DNA of 64,000 nucleotides from contig JAUCBJ010005609.1 in NCBI GenBank assembly GCA_032718475.1, positions 1 to 64,000 on the forward strand, written 5' to 3'. A program made the position numbers and the translations under genes. Shown here one piece after another: positions 61,216-64,000 of the stretch (its first letter is position 1; every line of letters begins with the position of its first letter). Under the pieces are notes generated by a model that was not told where the DNA came from, made no database searches, and saw only the letters and a list, made by a program, of their open reading frames with translations. Source of the stretch: Nemertoderma westbladi. Taxonomy: Eukaryota > Animalia > Xenacoelomorpha.

Positions 61216-63059
61216 GGGATTTCTCAAGACAAAAGTTTCTGATGGCATCAGCTGAGGGCTATGACGTGGGCTGCATCGATCTTTGACTTTGATAAGTGAT
61301 GATTTGATAAGCCAAGTGGCCATTAATCTCCACACATACGAACTGATCTCGTTATCTGGGCGAAAGTTTTCTCAAGGGGTGAAAGTTTGCCAGTTTGTTT
61401 TATTTAATGACCTATAATATTATAATAGGCCTACGTGTTTGGGAGGTTGTTAGCTCCACAACTAATGCGCAACACTCGTCTCCTCTTTAACCAATGTTGC
61501 GTTCATCCTGGATAACTGGTCACCACATATATAGCTTACAACAGCATTCCACTACTGGTACTATACAACGTCTTCAAGAGATACGTTTTCATTACAACCC
61601 TCGTTGCGCTCATCCTAAACACCGGTCAACTAAATATATAGCATATAACATTCAACTACCGCTATTGAAAAAAAAATTATCGCCCAATATGGTAAACCAT
61701 GTGGTTTAGTAGTATAGTCAACACAGACTCGTCTACATTACAACACTCGTTGCACTCGCCCTGTACATTTGGTCACCTAATATATACCTTACATTATTAT
61801 GTGGTTTACTATGTGGTTTATAGGAGTTTACAGGTGGTTTACGAAGTACTTGTCTTCATTATAAGTCTCGTTGCGCTCGTCCTGTTCTGTTTTAAAATAG
61901 TTTAGTTTCCAAAACGCAGACTGACCATCTTTATAAACTATGCAAAGTATCGAAACTCTGCGAGTAACTGCTGATCCCATTATGTTCTAGAACCTCTGTA
62001 ATCTCTGTTGACTAATCTGTCTGAAATTGAAAATGTCGAAGGGAGGTTTCTGATTTTAAGATGTGATAGGTGAGTGAATGCGATAAAATCTATCAAAATA
62101 TACGACAAATGTATATGTTTACAATCCCATTGTCATGGTAATGATAATAATGACAAATTTAAATTATGTGAAATGTAAATCTGATTAAAGGCAAGGTTTG
62201 GGTGACAACTATTAAACACTATTATTAATGACTTCAATTATTAAATATCAGCTCTTATATTAAAGTTCAAACACTGAGGCAGAGAGTCAAACTGCCAAAA
62301 CCTATTTGGCTTGGCCCGTAATGAACTGCATCCGTAGCTTAAGGCTTACATAAATTCATATCGCGACCTCACTCTCACACATACTTACCATTTCAACTTC
62401 CGATGGTCAAACTTCGTCGCAACAGTTATAATTACCGGTATAGCCAGTATCAGAGACGCAAATATATCATCCCAACGAATAAATATCTCTTCCCAGCGAA
62501 TTAACAGTGTTAATTATGAGAAAGGAGCAGGTTACAGTGTCACGATAAGTTAACCAAATCAATAACGACAGTCAATAAATAACACAGGTTATGGTTTAAT
62601 TTTTATGGTAATCAGCTGCTATTTCCGTCGATTCTCTCCCTGGAGAGGGATGATAATTTATCTGCGAATTTGATAACATAGCTGCTATGTATAACCAAAC
62701 ACGCCCCGTTTTCTTCATACGGTCATACTGATTTTGGGACTGTCATACAGTTAATTTCACAATTCCTGTGGTAAAATATTCAAACTTTGATGATTCCTGG
62801 ACTGTCAGATAGTCTATTTCCTTTATTTAACAATACAGGGAACTGAGGAAATGTGGTTTTATAATAAAAATTTTAATAGTTCGGGATTTTATTGTTAATA
62901 TACTGTATATAATATTAAACCAGGATAAAGTTTATTTACGACCAAAGGAAGGCCCAAGCTGTTACGGCATATCTAATTATGAGCAAAATCCAATATTATT
63001 TACTCTTCAATATGAATATGTTATTCTTCAATATCCATATACTATCGATAATATTACAT

Positions 63060-64000
63060 CATCATGCAATATTAGTACACGTTAATTCAATATATTGAAA
63101 ATTCAAAAATAAACAGAAATTCAATCAATATTGTGCAAATGTTGATTCAATAAACAACATATTGAATTAATATTCGCAAATATTGAATCAATATGTTGAC
63201 ATGTTGGCAACATTTTATTGAATAAATATTATCAAATCAATATATAGGCCTAGGCTTTTTTTTTTAAATAAGACATCGCATTTTCCATTTTAATAGACTA
63301 AATCTAAATAGTGGTGTAATGCATATTTTATATAATGTGTACATTATTATTGTTTTATATTATTTTCATGTTGCCTATTATATATAGGCAACAAATTTAA
63401 TCAATATGCTGGCAACATTTTGAATCAATGCGTTAACAAGATGGTGGCAAATTTATAATATCATCTGTTTATCTGACTTGCAGTTTCCCATAGTTTGTTC
63501 TGAAGTGACGTCCAGCACTGCGATACAGTTGTCCTACAGTACCGGTACCATCGGTAGTTGTGTTGATACTGTGTTGTATGGCTTCTGACAACTATTTACG
63601 CGGAGGGGCTCGCTGTTAGTGGCTGGGATAGAAGATTATGATGAAGGATTCCATCGTACCAACCAAACTGGCTAACATTTATGGGCATCATCCTCTTGTA
63701 ACCGGTACTGTACACACCCAATACAAAAAATTAATTACATTTTGTGTGTCACTACACTGCAATACTGTATTTCAGAATCAGTAAGGCATTCTGTAAGCCA
63801 GATACCCCAATGATTATTAAATTTGGTGCCAACATTTCAACATATTGATTCCATATGTTGCTAGCATGTTGACATATTGATTCAATATGTGCCAATATTG
63901 AATCAGCATGTGCGAATATTGATCCAAAATGTTTGATTATTGAATCAAATTTTGCGCTTTATTGAATGAATATCTGTAGATTATTTAATATTCAATATAT
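63060..64000. mobile_element. Probable non-autonomous DNA transposon with inverted AT-rich subterminal repeat arrays (runs off the window)
   Basis: ATATTGAATCAATATGTTGACATGTTGGCA (~63180-63210) is mirrored by TGCCAACATTTCAACATATTGATTC (~63827 onward). Confidence 0.5.

Noticed and set aside
63484-63588. Possible terminal exon of the Cys-rich gene (FPIVCSEVTSS...GF*) after CTGACTTGCAG
   Set aside because: Phase-compatible with a good acceptor, but it lies inside an apparent transposon with inverted repeats and has no convincing motif; needs RNA evidence.

Overview
AT-rich, repeat-dominated animal (probably invertebrate) genomic DNA with no prokaryotic features. The centrepiece is a young, full-length 14.2-kb BEL/Pao LTR retrotransposon (18693-32912). 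It has 537-bp LTRs that look identical by eye and a CTTGG target-site duplication. It is unusual in four ways: (1) a third ORF in the env position encodes a DEDDy/RNase D-like 3'-5' exonuclease fused to three CCHC knuckles; (2) there is no tRNA-type PBS, and the bases just after the 5' LTR are instead complementary to a site inside the LTR, suggesting self-priming; (3) the very long gag-pol frame is broken only by two in-frame TGA codons and a poly-G frameshift; (4) a 36-bp hairpin array lies between pol and ORF3. The rest of the window holds two satellites (20-bp and 25-bp units), a minimal hammerhead ribozyme next to pol III-like boxes, many LINE and DNA-transposon remnants and MITEs, a ~5-kb tandem duplication, and two exons of a host gene for a secreted or surface protein with BCMA/TACI-like Cys repeats. 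All calls were made by eye from the sequence and the ORF track; no database searches were run.
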